This document shows positions 13,814-26,800 of a stretch of 64,000 nucleotides of DNA, in pieces. Numbering within the stretch: position 1 is the stretch's first letter; the number at the start of each line of letters is the position of its first letter. Origin of the DNA: Isurus oxyrinchus (Eukaryota); assembly GCA_026770705.1 (NCBI GenBank), contig JANJGN010000034.1, positions 6,758,001 through 6,822,000 on the forward strand. Direction: 5' to 3'. The notes under the pieces are model-generated. The model was not told the origin of the DNA, searched no databases, and saw only the letters and a list, made by a program, of their open reading frames with translations. The translations under genes were made by a program, and so were the position numbers.

Positions 13814-14268
13814 GTGAGTAGTTTTGATTAGCCTGACCTGCATGCAACCTGGCGTAGCCTCTAGCACTAACAAAAATAGATCAATCTAATCTGTACAATT
13901 TACCAAAAATGGGCTTAGATATAATTCGTTTGCCACATGAACGCTAACATAGACCTCTTGGGTGGATAATCTGTTCTAGTTTTTTTTATTTAACGTTGTT
14001 ATTCACGTAGCTAGTTAAGTCCTCAATTGTCATCTAAACTCACTCAATATGAGCTCCTAAGAACTTCTTATCAAATATCGGCCTATGGGTTGTTCATTGC
14101 AAATCTGTGAAAGGATATAACCTCTGGTCCTTTGGTGTTGCAAGTATCACATTCAAATCGTTTTCAAGAAGCTCAGTTTTCATTATAAATGGCAATATTA
14201 GTATTCAGTGAAAATGCAATTTGCTCCATCTACTGCCCGAATGATCTGCAATATTTCTCCAATTACAG

Positions 14269-14295
14269 CTAAGGAGCTGAAGGAATGTGAACAAG
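14269..14295 (+). CDS. Micro-exon 7 (27 nt), AKELKECEQ
   Basis: tttctccaattacag|CTAAGGAGCTGAAGGAATGTGAACAAG|gtacct; paralog of exon 22. Confidence 0.85.
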
Positions 14296-14739
14296 GTACC
14301 TTTGCTACTTAAATTCGTAGCCATTGAGACTTGAGATTTCGATATAGATCATTGAAAGATGGCGTGTTTTGATCGGAAGAGTAAAACACTGCTTAGAATA
14401 TTGCAGCCTGAATGGGGTAGAGGACCAAAGAGACATAGTGCTATAGGTTAAAAGATTCAGAAGGGAGAAAATACTGTAGCACAAGTTATGCAGGTCAAAA
14501 GGGGGTGCACAGCCTTGGGGTTCATCTCTGTAAAACTGAATTGAAAGCAGAGATATTGTCCATAACTTCCAGTGGAGTTCAATTGAGTGTATTTGCCACT
14601 CAGAGCATAATTCACGAAACAGGGAGAATAACTCTAAAGTCCAATGAATGTCAACTTCCGCATAGACCCACAATTTTTTGAAAAACAAAGCAAGGGCTTT
14701 TGCAGCAATTTTGAGTATGCCCAGGCTGTCCATTGAGTT

Positions 14740-14960
14740 TCATGGCTAATGGAGCACTTTAGATCTGCTTTATCATAGGTGAGTTGATAGCGAATTTGCA
14801 TTTACCAAGCTCCCACAAGCAGCACGGTGAAAACTAGCAGTTTATTATTTTTAGTGGCTCTGGTTGGATAATGAAAATTATTAGTGACAACAGGAATATT
14901 GTGCCTAACTTTTTCAATCTTATGACAGTGGGATATATTGAATTCACCCGGGATAACAGG
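14740..14960 (-). mobile_element. Decayed Deu-domain-type SINE fragment
   Basis: gctaatggagcacttt...gctcccacaagcagca...agtgggatat resembles the DeuSINE reverse complement (recalled, not searched). Confidence 0.45.
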
Positions 14961-14990
14961 TTCTTCCTTGCTTCCCGTGCCAGTTCAGCT

Positions 14991-15082
14991 GGGGGGGGGG
15001 GGGGGGGGGGGGGCGTGGGGGGGGGGGGTGGGGGTGACGGGGAGGGTTTGGTAGGCGGGGTGGGGGGATGGTGGGGGGAGGG
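14991..15082. repeat. G-rich tract (G-quadruplex-capable on + strand)
   Basis: Run of more than 20 G followed by many GGG+ runs. Confidence 0.9.
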
Positions 15083-15622
15083 ATCCCCGACTATGCTCAC
15101 GTGCCTCCAGTACAAAGTGGCCACAGGGTTTTTTTTTTAATGAGAGGCGAGCAACGTAACATTAAGCTATGTGGATCGAATAATGACAACCAGTCGAAAG
15201 TGCCAAGTCTTGCCTCCCTCTCTATGTTTCAACATTCACCCCGTTCCTCAGTATGACAATAGAATGTCACCTTCAGGGGAGCGATATATCTGCTCCGACG
15301 GATAGAGAATGGTCGCAAATGGTAATTTTCAATCGCTCACTCACATTCTCGGTGTTGACATAGACTTAATTGAAATGAACAACATTCATTGATAATTAGT
15401 TATGTTACGAGCTACATTAATGTAATATTGCTTGTCTGGCCTTCCGAGCCAAGATGAATAACCATATTAATTTGTTCTGAGAAGAGTCATGCATGTTCGG
15501 AAATTTAACTTTGGTTCTCCCTCCACAGATGCTGCTGGACCTGCAGAATTTTTCCAGCATTTTCTGCTTCTCTTTTAAAGTGTCGTAACTTTAGCAAAGT
15601 CATGTGATTTATCTTTACACAG

Positions 15623-15658
15623 AACTAAGCAAAACGAGGAATTATCTGAGAGAAACAG
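15623..15658 (+). CDS. Micro-exon 8 (36 nt), ELSKTRNYLRET
   Basis: tttatctttacacag|AACTAAGCAAAACGAGGAATTATCTGAGAGAAACAG|gtgaac. Confidence 0.85.
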
Positions 15659-15899
15659 GTGAACTGAGCAACTATTGACCGATGTGTGTTTCAAATTCTG
15701 ATGATAACTTAAGTCTCATTTATACAATCAAGTTGTCAATTCATACACTTTTATGATAGTTGATTACACGGAGCATTAATCTGTTGTCGTCATCGTTACT
15801 CATCTTCCTTAAATAAGAAAGCCATGATTCTTTTCTTCATGGGTGGAAGGTAAAGTAGGGATTAATCTGTTTGGAACAGAAAATATAAAGGAACTAATA

Positions 15900-16445
15900 A
15901 TCGATAGGGTCATTCAAAATCATTCAAAATCATAACTGCTTCCTCTTGAACTGGGATATTGCACCCAGTTCTGGACACAAAACATGACTGCAGAATCGAT
16001 TCAGGAGAAATGCTCCCGTGATCAGGAACTTTTGTCACGCAGCTAGTTTGGAGAAACTTTTTTTTTTGGATAATAAAAGGTTCGGAGGGGCATTCCAATT
16101 CAGGAAGGGACTGCAGAAATAAGGTAGGCATTAACTCTTCGCACTGATGAAAGAACCGAGGGCAAGGCAGCTGAGGTGTAAGGTAGTTGGCAGTAAAAAA
16201 AAGAACGATCAATAGGGGACATGAGGAGAAACTTTTCTTTATTTTTCACTCAGCAAGTGGTTAGGATGAGCACTGGGATGGTTTATAATGTGGCAGAACG
16301 ATTAATTCATGGTATTGAAGAGGAAACTGGATTGCTTTCTCAAAAAATAATAACTTGCACCTTTCCATGTGGAGAATGTCAGTAGTTGAATTGCTCCTTC
16401 GGACAACCGGCACATTGAATTGCCTCCTTCTGTGCCATGTCAATT
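15900..16445 (+). mobile_element. Degenerate CR1-type LINE 3' end
   Basis: ctgggatattgcacccagttctgg (L.YC.QFW motif) then a CR1-type 3' UTR (gacatgaggagaaactttt...cctccttctgtgc). Confidence 0.65.
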
Positions 16446-17807
16446 CGAATATACTTGCAAACCTGTGCTATCCAATGTGAGATTTCTTTTTATTTAATAT
16501 AACTTGAGCATTCAATGAAAAATGTAAATAATCAATTTTGTGCCACGGAACATGGACCTGAACCCTGATCTCACTCAGCTGGCTGACACATGCGCTGTTT
16601 ATTTAGCTGCTGATGCACTACCTCCACCTTCTTCGCTCCAGAACCTCAGGCTTCCCACTTCTTTTCCTCACTCGATACAGGCCACCGACTCCTCGCTCCC
16701 TTCTCCTGCATGCTTCCTGCTCTGCGCTGTTAACTCTCCGCACATTCCGCCCACCCTCACCAGAGTTTGCAACGCACTGCACGTTCCCTCATCCACGTCC
16801 TGCTGATCGATCAGTTGGACTGGCGAAGCGGATGGCAGTGGCAGGCAAATGAAAGGACAGTGCTTGGGCTATCAGTGGTGGATCTAAGCAAATATAGCGA
16901 AAAATTCAGGATAGGGTGAATGCTTTCAAGTGAGTTGCAAAGAAAGTAGGAACAAGTGGGACACTTCAGGCAAAGGAGGGGATCCAGATGGAAGTGTTTA
17001 AGGAAGGCGGAGACGTTGGGAGTCGGGGGCCATGGTGATCGGGAACGGCAAGTGACTGGGTAGCAAGAACGGGAGGGAGCGTTGGTTATTTCTAACCTGT
17101 GGCATTTATGATGAAGGCGACAACTTAGCAAATTGTTGAGCAACAGAGAAACTGGGAGGGACAAATTTCACAAGTTGCACAGGCACTATGGGCATAAATG
17201 TCAATATCTGTGCTGTGAGATTCCAGTCAAACCAACAACCGATTGAAAGTATTGAAGCTGAACTCATCAGCTCATTTAATTTCCGTCTGTCTGTTCAAGT
17301 GCAGGCATGCTTAAGGGGTGCTCCAAAATGAATGTTCAACGTGACTAGAAGACAGAAGGCAAGTATTTGGAGCACATTATAGGTTTTTTAATTGGGTCCA
17401 CTCATTTTGCACAAAAGGCTCCCTTAGTTCAACAGCTAAGGTAGAAATCGAGCTATGAGGAATGATGCCAGCAGTGTGTTCAATCCGCAGACAAGGGCAG
17501 CTAATTCCTATGGAGGACGCCATTTTATGCCCCTTAATGATTTTGCACCTTATGGTATGATTAGCAATTATCGGCAAAGCAAAGACAAATTTCTACAGAG
17601 AGCAAAGCTCATGAAATTGAGCCCGAAACGGGAGAAGGAATGTCTAGCTATGAGATTCCACGCCCCTTCCACACCCCCCACCAGCCCGCCTATTTCATTT
17701 CCAATTTTGATGCAACATCAAGTTGGTTAGCTCATTTTTTTTTCCAGATTGTAAGTCTCTGATTCAACTGATGTTGCTGCAGTGGAATTATATATTTTTT
17801 TTTGCAG

Positions 17808-17834
17808 ATGTTAAGTTGAACCAGTGCTTGAAAT
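17808..17834 (+). CDS. Micro-exon 9 (27 nt), DVKLNQCLK
   Basis: tttttttttgcag|ATGTTAAGTTGAACCAGTGCTTGAAAT|gtgagt. Confidence 0.88.
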
Positions 17835-18565
17835 GTGAGTAATTGGGAAATATTTCTTCAGTTTTTTGTTTAACAATACTTCTGTAATTTCGATGGAGGG
17901 ATCGCTCTGGCAATTTAACGTCGGTGGCCGGAAGGCATTGAAAAATGTACAGCAAATGTTACATCAACTGAATGAATATGAAGTAAAGCACGAAAAGATG
18001 CATATATTTGCTAATTTACCTAAACTGTCTGATTTTGAGGAACAATGTGCAAGTGTTTGTAAGGATATTTGGTGTCCTTCTTCAGTTCTCTGACTGAAGG
18101 CAGGTCTGACCCACAGCGCCACCCAGCATAGGGCAAGGACACAGGTCCCGGTAGCACCGCATTCCAGATCAGGGCTCGAAAACCGTGCTGTTGGCTCGAT
18201 ACTACTCCAGACCGGCCATCCAAACACAAGCAGATGACACAGTGCTAAGGTAAATTGCAAAAAAAGCAATAGCGTCTGATTGAAAAATATTAACTGCAGG
18301 AAATGTTTAGGGCCTGGAATAATCTGTTGGAGTGAGATTCTATCATGGCTTCGAAAAGTGCATTGGATAATTGTTAGAAGATAAATAATATGTAACCTCA
18401 AGGGAAGGAAATGGGCGAGTTGCATTAGTTATTTTGGTTTTGCAGATAGCGTTGGAAAGTCGGCCGAATAGCCTATTTCAGTTTTGCTTCAACAAACTCA
18501 TGACTTTATCGATTTAGATAACTCTATATTCTGACCATTTCTTACCGTGATCTTCAAATCCTCAG

Positions 18566-18592
18566 CACTGGATGATAAATGCAAAACCGATG
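18566..18592 (+). CDS. Micro-exon 10 (27 nt), SLDDKCKTD
   Basis: tcttcaaatcctcag|CACTGGATGATAAATGCAAAACCGATG|gtacgt. Confidence 0.8.
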
Positions 18593-20017
18593 GTACGTAG
18601 TTTAAATGTAGAAGCAATGGGAATGCCTTCCTAACCTGTTTCAGTTAAGCTTCTTATGTGTGTGAATGAGTGATCAGGGCACATGGCTCCGAGGAGATTG
18701 TGAACAATTCTGTCATGAATGTGAGTTGTAAAATATTAGCAATGTTCCAAATTAAAATGTGTTCTAAAGTACTTGCAGCGCAGAAGCAGACCAATGGGCC
18801 CAAACCTTCGATGTCGTTGCTTAAGTTGCATGCAAATCTTTTTGCAGCATTTTTCAAGTAACTCTATCAATATATGCTTAAATTGTTTTCTCCATCATCA
18901 GCCGACGACATGTGTAAACATGATACATGTGTCTATCTTGTTTAAACATTTCAAAATCTTGTAAAGATCAGTTAAATCAAACCTCACCCGTTGCGTTTTT
19001 TGCTTTCTGGAGGAAACTTTAAAGTTGAACTATATATCATGACAGCCAGTATCATTCAGTTATGGTCCTCTTCATATAAATAGTGTCTGCACAATCTTCA
19101 ATGCCTCAGCGTGATTTGATAACATGCCATTAAGAATGGTTCAGGGTAGTGAAATTTGTATTAAAATGAAAATATAACTTCTTCATGAATTTAATTATTT
19201 TCAAAAGCATTTCTCTCGAAATAATGTCAGTGTTTTAGGTTCCTCGCACGTTTTACATTCTGTGGCTCCATTTAATGACCTGTGGACCTATAACCCCCCT
19301 TCACGTTGCTTTTCTATCCCATTTAAATATAAAATTTCCAAGGGGCATGCTGTCAAAGTATTCTGCCTACGGAAATGTGTTACGTCGAACGTATCTATAT
19401 TGAAATTGAAGTATTATTTTCTTGACCATTTTGCCAGTAATTGGATGACACCTTTTAATTTACCTTAATATATTTACATATTAACTATGGTCCGAATTGT
19501 ACGCAATTTGCGAAATTTACTCTACTTTCGAGTTTAGTTGCTTTATATCGAAGCAGTAAACTTATGGAGCAAGCACTTACTCTTGTGGCTCGCTATTTCC
19601 CTCCAGTTCCTAATGCCACTAAAGGACTTTGCAGCCTATTTGCCCTTTTCTGTTCTGCAGACAGCTTGTTCTCCAGCCCCCTAAATCGCTCTTGACATTG
19701 TATGTTCTGCCATTTGTGCAAATAACTTGCTTTTCCATGGCTTGTCCATTATACTTCACTCAGGAATGCCCGTTCCAATGAATACATTTGATTGTGTAAT
19801 ATGATAGAGCAGTGACCGGTGAGGAGTGGGGGGGTGGTGTGGAGGAAGTCCATCGTCATTGTGTCACGGCCTTGTCTGATTTCACAGCGTTTGAGTAGCA
19901 CCTGACTGCATGCATTTGCACATGCTGCCTTAAATCGGATGTGTTTAACTTCTGAATCTTTAGCAATGAGAAATGCTCCTGTCATAAGGCTGAGTTGCAC
20001 TTATCTGTTCATTGTAG

Positions 20018-20044
20018 ATCAACGCCTGCTTGACGCAATCGACG
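20018..20044 (+). CDS. Micro-exon 11 (27 nt), DQRLLDAID
   Basis: tctgttcattgtag|ATCAACGCCTGCTTGACGCAATCGACG|gtaagg. Confidence 0.85.
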
Positions 20045-21333
20045 GTAAGGAAGTGGGTTGTAACATCTTATTCCAAACAGTATATATTTGGGCCATTGTC
20101 TTGCATTGACATTAAAATTGTACGTTCAGTGACTCAAACCCCCCAATGCACCTCAAGTTGTGTATTTCGTGGCTTCCTTTATATGTTTCTTCTGTGTCTC
20201 TCTCCTTATGTAAGAGCCGCTGGAATTATAGCTCCCAAAGTCCCTTAACTCTGTATCAATAGCTTCAGAATAAGTGTTAATTGAACATTGACAAATTGTG
20301 ATCCAATTAAAGCAATATTAATTCTGGAAGGAAAAATAAATGACTGGAATGTGCATCAAAGGCACTTGACAACTGTGATCTAATTGAAGAAGCCTGCTCA
20401 GCGGACAGATCAACTGATCGACTTGTGGCTGCTGGCGAGCTAACTCTTAGCCCGTTTTGCATGTGCAAGAATATAATTCAAACTGTGTAAATGTGCGAAG
20501 TGCTGCATGAAAGTTCAGTCCATATTCATATTTCATTTTGTGCTACAACGGACATCCAATTAAATTAAATTGAATCAAATGTCCTACCTCCATTGAAGCG
20601 TAGCTGCATATTTTTACTTCCCCAGAAGCCTTTCTAAATGCCAGCATTACATTGCTAAAAAAACAATTTCACAGTCCACCCCAGTTTACGCATACAATAA
20701 AATTGACTGTTGGAAGCGCAAACTGTTCTCCCTCTTTTTCTTTTCATGTTTCGTGGAAAATGTTTACAGCCAAATACCATTGGCTAATTTTGGACGTATC
20801 ATGAATGGCATTTCACCGTTGCCCAAGGAGCATATTAAACTAGAGTTACAATTCACTCCTGGGTAGTTTAAACACAATCACTTCAAAGAAGCATGCGATG
20901 TAGCAGGAAACTTTTCATTTCCTTAGAAATTCTGCTGGCTCTTCCGAAATTTCCAATCAAATAGTCCAGCGTCGCTTCCGGACCTTGCCTCTTTGCATTT
21001 TCTTCCAGTTGCCAATACATGTCAAATTACTTTCTAAGTTTCGCCATGGAACCCGCTTGGGCCACCCTTTCAGTTAATAAATTGCAAATAATAATAATTT
21101 GTTACCTGAATAAAACATGGCTCGCCGATTGTTTCTTAACCCATTACCTTGCAGGAATTCGCATTGCTTCATTATTGGAAACATTTCCTTTCCTACTCTA
21201 TCGTAAAATGCGTTTGAACAAATTGATTTTATCTTCGTTCTAACGAGAACAGACACCATTATAGGCAGTAGTAGTAATAATAGTAATGTTTTTTTGTTAT
21301 CATCATAATCAGTATCATCATTATTATCTGCAG

Positions 21334-21369
21334 AAATTGCAAAGCTGAAAAAAGATCTGAAAGATAAAG
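21334..21369 (+). CDS. Micro-exon 12 (36 nt), EIAKLKKDLKDK
   Basis: ttattatctgcag|AAATTGCAAAGCTGAAAAAAGATCTGAAAGATAAAG|gtaaag. Confidence 0.88.
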
Positions 21370-22251
21370 GTAAAGATATCAATGAATAGCTGATATTATT
21401 TTTAAAAAGGTTTGTTTCAGCTTCAGGCATTTTCTTCGAAAGCATTCTAGCCTAACAAAAGCAGGGATGTGCAACAGTGGAAGGGTTATAGCTATCATAG
21501 TCAAAGCACAGAAAAATGCTGGGGGGCGGGGTCAAATCTGTATAATTGACATTGTTTGATTGCAACGTCCATTCACAAGAATGATATAAAGATGCAAAAA
21601 TCAAATTATCAGTATAGGTTCCTGGAATTTGATTTTGATGCCCCTTCTATTGCTTGTAGCAGATCAAAAGGTGATCTTGTTGATTCTTTCAGGATCAGAT
21701 TTGATAGGGTTTGTAGAGCCACTGGTCGTGGAGCACGGAACTGGTACGCACAATTGTAGACCTAATACATTCAGGCATGTTATCAGGAAGCAATGCATTA
21801 CAAAAAGAGCCGTAGAAATCTGAAGATCCCTGCCACTAAGCATGTTAAAAGGGGTTATTTGAATATTTGCAAATGTAGACGCATAATAAAAAAGACAGGG
21901 AAATAATGCTGAGATATTACCAACCGTGAAAAATTGAAAGTATCTACAAAATAGACTGATTGGCGTGTGCCTGTTTACCTGCGCCTAGGTATGTCACTTG
22001 CAGAGTCAGATTGTAGATATTGAATGGAAGCTGGCCTGTCCCCTACCTATTAATGGTTCGCCAATATAAAATTAGTTGACCGAAAAGCATATTTTTTCCA
22101 ACTGCCAAATTTATTGAGCAGGATAAAGATAAATTAAATCAAAACTTTTCCATTTTCATTAAGTTGAGTTTGGAGACGGATGCATTTTTACTGTAACACA
22201 ATCAAACTTGCTATTCAGATTGATTTCCTTTGTTATTAATTATATTTTCAG

Positions 22252-22278
22252 ATGACCAAAATCAACGTGCATGCAATG
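22252..22278 (+). CDS. Micro-exon 13 (27 nt), DDQNQRACN
   Basis: ttatattttcag|ATGACCAAAATCAACGTGCATGCAATG|gtgagt. Confidence 0.88.
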
Positions 22279-22635
22279 GTGAGTATACAAAAAAAAAATG
22301 CTCACCTCACTAACTTTTTGGGCATATAATGTGTCTTTCACGCATCTGGGTAGGAGTGACTGTTGGGTGGCGGATCACCTTGCCCCATGCCCTGCTATTA
22401 TGTTATATCAAGTCCACACACCCCGCCACCACCAGCAACCCTTCATGCTACAGTGGACATCCAAGTCAATTAAATTGAATCAAATTTCATACCTTCAGTG
22501 AAGAAACGTAGCTGCATATCTTTACTTCCCCAAATTACTTTTTAATGTCAGGGGTTAACTTTTCAGGTGAATGCATGTTAGGTGCTCTTTGCGACTCGTT
22601 GGAGCTACTCTGCAATGTTTCTGTTTATTTTGAAG

Positions 22636-22662
22636 AGATCGAAGAGCTGCTTGAAAACATAG
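22636..22662 (+). CDS. Micro-exon 14 (27 nt), EIEELLENI
   Basis: ctgtttattttgaag|AGATCGAAGAGCTGCTTGAAAACATAG|gtaagc (AAG acceptor). Confidence 0.82.
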   Translation, partial: RSKSCLKT

Positions 22663-25464
22663 GTAAGCATTTGGATTTTTGATAGCAATATTGTAAAGTT
22701 AACTTGTGCTTTATCGATATAAGTGTAGCGGCCATTCCACAAAGCAAATGGACAAATGGTCCTATGCGTCAAGACAAACCCAATTTAGAGAAAAAACACT
22801 TTTATGTTGGTTTGCCTTTTGAATTCCAATGAAATTCTGAGAAACAAGTTGAGGCGTGTATGGGCATGCCTGGGGTGGTGTGGACTATACTCAAATAATT
22901 CATTTATCTCCTTTGTATATAATGCGGTACTGTATCTCCCCCTTTAGATACAATTAACAAGTTTGCTAGGAATAAATTAACAATGATTAAATGCAGATGG
23001 CGACTTCATTGCCGAATTGGTCAAATGGTTATAAAACCATTTGCAGAAAACATGTCCACATACGCAACATTTTGTATATCATAAGTTAAACCCGCATTTA
23101 TATTCACACCAATGGTAATTTTAAACCTGACATCTATGCTATTAATAAAATAAACAGTTATTTTAATCAATCCACAACATGACGGCATCACCTGAATATC
23201 ATAGTAATTCGCCGTGCCTAATTTTTCTGGAGTGTGTGACGCTAGGATGAATTCTTGACGACATCTGACCTGTGAGCTAGGGCATATCGGATGGCAGTTG
23301 ATAATTAGCCACATTGCTGTTTGCCTAGAGCGATGTAATGATTAGGTCACATCACAATGATAATTTATTTCATTAGCGTACATTTGATAAAAACCCGAAT
23401 TTTTGCAGCACATGTTGGGTTCATGATCTCCTTTGCTGGTATTCTCTTTTGCAGTTAAATTTCTCAGATGCTGTTATGGATTGGAATTAATCCGTCTGGA
23501 TCATTAACCAAATCACAAAATAGCATAGATCACAGCAGGAACAGACGGTGCAACCCATTGAGTCTGCACTGCCATTGAATCCAATCATGGTTAATCTATC
23601 TCGCCGTTGCCCTTCACACAGCCCCTCATGCTTGGGTTCCCCGCGAGATCAAGTGTGAAAACAATCGCAAATCTCAAAGATGGAACTTAAATTTCACCTG
23701 GTTTATAAAAATCAAGAAACCTCTGATTTAATCGATTTCCATCCATCTCCGACCCAGCAATTGAAAGTTAAACCTATGGCTGTATCTCCGCAGAATGTTG
23801 AAACAAACTGTAGTGCTTTGCATGAGCCTCTTTATGAATAGCTCAGTAAAATGACCTCAATCACACCACACCACAATTTACCTGATATAAATTTGGTAAT
23901 TGCAATAAAGCACATTAATTGAAAACGTGTCCACATTTGGGCATCCTTAGTTCCATTAGCAGACATACTAAGGTTCTGTGGGTAAATTCGTATAATGGAA
24001 GAATAAAATCAAGAATGAGAGATAGTGAGGGAAGGAAGGCAGTTCTTGTGTCCAATAGATACGAAATGTAAAAGATTTCGTATAAAGCTGAGAAAATATC
24101 AAACAGGTGTACAGTCCCGAACGAGGAGAATATGGTGCTGCCAACTACTGTATCCATGAGAATTCAAAGAGCACGCAAAAGCAATTCAAAATGACCAGGG
24201 TCAACTGGGGACATCGCTTCTCTGGCACTGCAAATAAACAAAAAAGAAGCATCGAGTTTGAGTGAGCGCATACCGTTAAATTTGGATAATGCACTGGAGC
24301 AGTTACAATGCTGGCTTTACAATATTTCACTTTTACAACTCTGGACTCACAGTCGGGCAGAAAAAAAATAATCAGCCAGGCCATTTTCGTTAATACAGAA
24401 GCCTCTATCGATCGGCATAGCGAACAGCAGAGGCACTGCCACACCACTGAATTATCATATAAATTAAAACTCGGACTGGGAGACATCGATTTTCCTCACT
24501 GGAAGCCACCCAACATCAAATTTATCAAAGTGAGGAAAGCGTAGCTTTGTGGCGGAGTTATCAGACTGAGCTCTTAACGACCTTGTGATGAATCTGAGGA
24601 TTCTAGGTCGGAACAGGTTGATTGATCTGCAGTGCAAAGTCCAGCAAAAGCCCCAATCAGTCTCTGGCAAAGCAATAACACAATATGCATGGTCAGCTGA
24701 TGCTGCAGTCAACGAAATGTAATTTGGTTATAGACACAAGTATTTATTAAAATAGAGGTAATTAGGGAAATAACGAATTTGTGTTTAGGGTGGGAGGGGT
24801 GGGTGTGGGAGATACAGAGCTTTGGGAAATAATAGCGTAATGGTAGTACTTGTAAAGATTTTGTAAAGAATTGACGGGGTTATGTTGGAGTTAATGCCTC
24901 CTCCTTTGTGGTGTGATTCAAAGTGAGCATTGTGGCTGTATAGCATAGCTTGAACAATTAAATGAATTGAAATGCCAGCACTATAGGGAAAGGGAGACTT
25001 GCTTCCTGGATTGCAGTACAGTGTACTTAATGTTTATCCCAAAAGACTTTGGAAATTCTTCGTTTGTAGGGCTAACTATTCCAAAACCAAATGTAGGAGA
25101 TTAAATTAAAATAAACTCTAAATACGATCTGATTGTCTCCCTGAACGGTCTCAGGAGGCTGCAATATCTAGACCTCTATCCATGTTTTCCTTATTCTAGC
25201 TTTGAAAATAATCAATACGCGTAGTCTGATTAAATTAATCTGAAGGTATAAATGTAAATGCATTTTGATTTTTTTGCCATTTTCATCTGAGCCGGTTTTG
25301 GGCCATGAATTCAATTTGAATTGTGTTTCTTTCAAAATCTTAAAAGCAACTGGACTTTCAAACTTCAAATCGATCAATCGCGTTTTGAATCGGTATAATG
25401 TGGACTTTCATGCAAACATGAGCTTAATTGTGCCACTTTATTAAAGTATTTTTATACTTTGCAG

Positions 25465-25491
25465 CAAGCAAATTGTTCGACAAAGAAAAAG
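25465..25491 (+). CDS. Micro-exon 15 (27 nt), ASKLFDKEK
   Basis: tttttatactttgcag|CAAGCAAATTGTTCGACAAAGAAAAAG|gtaacc. Confidence 0.87.
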
Positions 25492-26319
25492 GTAACCACT
25501 CAACAAATGTGCATGTACTTCTGTTTTGATTGTGCAATGATATTTGCCCCTGTTGTATTACGCTTCTCTTGTGATCATATCTGAAATCTATTGGCAGGAA
25601 GGGGTCTGCAGATGTAGGACAAATAGTGAATATTGATTTAGCTGTCCTTTACATGTTTGAATTGATTTTGGTGCATTTTAAAATTCGTATTATTCTTCTG
25701 CGGGATGAGGGATTCCCTGGCCATGTCATGATTGTTAGCCCATCCACAATTTCCTTTAAGAAGGAGAAATTGAACGACTTTTTGAACTGCTGCAGTCGAT
25801 GTGGTGTTGGGAAACCCACATTGTTAGGAGGGTATGAGTTCCAGGAATTTGACCCTATTTTGTAAGTGAAGCAGAGCACCTGGTAGGGAATGTAACAACT
25901 GTTTGTTAAATTATTGTCCTTTTTGCACAAATTCCCAAGACAAATTCCAACCCAAATGATTCTGATAATCATGTTCTAAGTAACAAAATATGATTGTAAC
26001 CAGATGTCCACAGACCTGTCTAGTCTCACTCTTTAATGTAAGGTACAAACTGAGCACTTATAATGACAACTGCCAATGCAACCTTTTCACTTCCATTCAA
26101 CTGAAAAGAAAAATCGTCTGAACCATTTCAAATCTTGCATGTTTTATTAAGTATACAGTTTGGAATGCCAGCAATGACTTGAATGTAAGAGTGCGATCAA
26201 GTTTTCATGAATGCAATCGGTGAAGGGGTGGCAAAATGATTGTATATTGTTTGAAATCAGGAACAAACATATTGCACACCTGTTGCACATTGTTCTGTTA
26301 CAATTATTAGGGTTCGTTC

Positions 26320-26800
26320 ATTGGATGTAGCAGCTGGCAAGACGAGAATATTTTGCCATCCCTTATTCCCTTTGGAGTGGTGTTGGTCAACAGCCTTGAA
26401 TACTTCTATAGCAATTTGGTACAGCTGAAAGTCTTGGTCGGGAATTTCAGAAGCATTTAAGGGTCAAACACATTGTTCTGGGTCGGGAGGCACATGTTGA
26501 TGTGACCGGGTGAAGAAATCAGATTTGCTTCCGGAAAGAACATTAGCGAACATTACCCCAAACCACAATCCCCCGCCCTCCTTCTAAGATTCCACGCCAC
26601 ACACCCCCCACACCGGGCCAACAACCAACGATAGTTTCACAGCAGCATAACTGCAACTAGCTTTTAAATCGCATGTTTATATGCAATTAATTGACTGAAC
26701 TCCCACAAGATGCCAAGATGGGACACAAAGTCATTTCACAAAGATTTGACTTTGTCCTCTGGGTACCTCCTCCAGTCAGAGTGCCACTAAGGCAGCGTCT
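26320..26800 (-). mobile_element. Decayed tRNA-derived SINE
   Basis: Homologous in reverse to the + copy at about 27235-27440 and similar to 61230-61440. Confidence 0.55.

Noticed and set aside
14763-14784. Apparent 16-nt exon ending ATAG|gtgagt
   Set aside because: Inside a SINE remnant and not a multiple of 3.
18645-18726. Acceptor at 18644 and gtgagt donor at 18721
   Set aside because: Only 52 nt from the exon 10 donor, 76 nt long with an in-frame stop; the 27-nt version has a poor GAG acceptor.
23455-23481. Strong acceptor followed by VKFLRCCYG (fits xxxLxxC)
   Set aside because: No GT donor at the 27-nt position.
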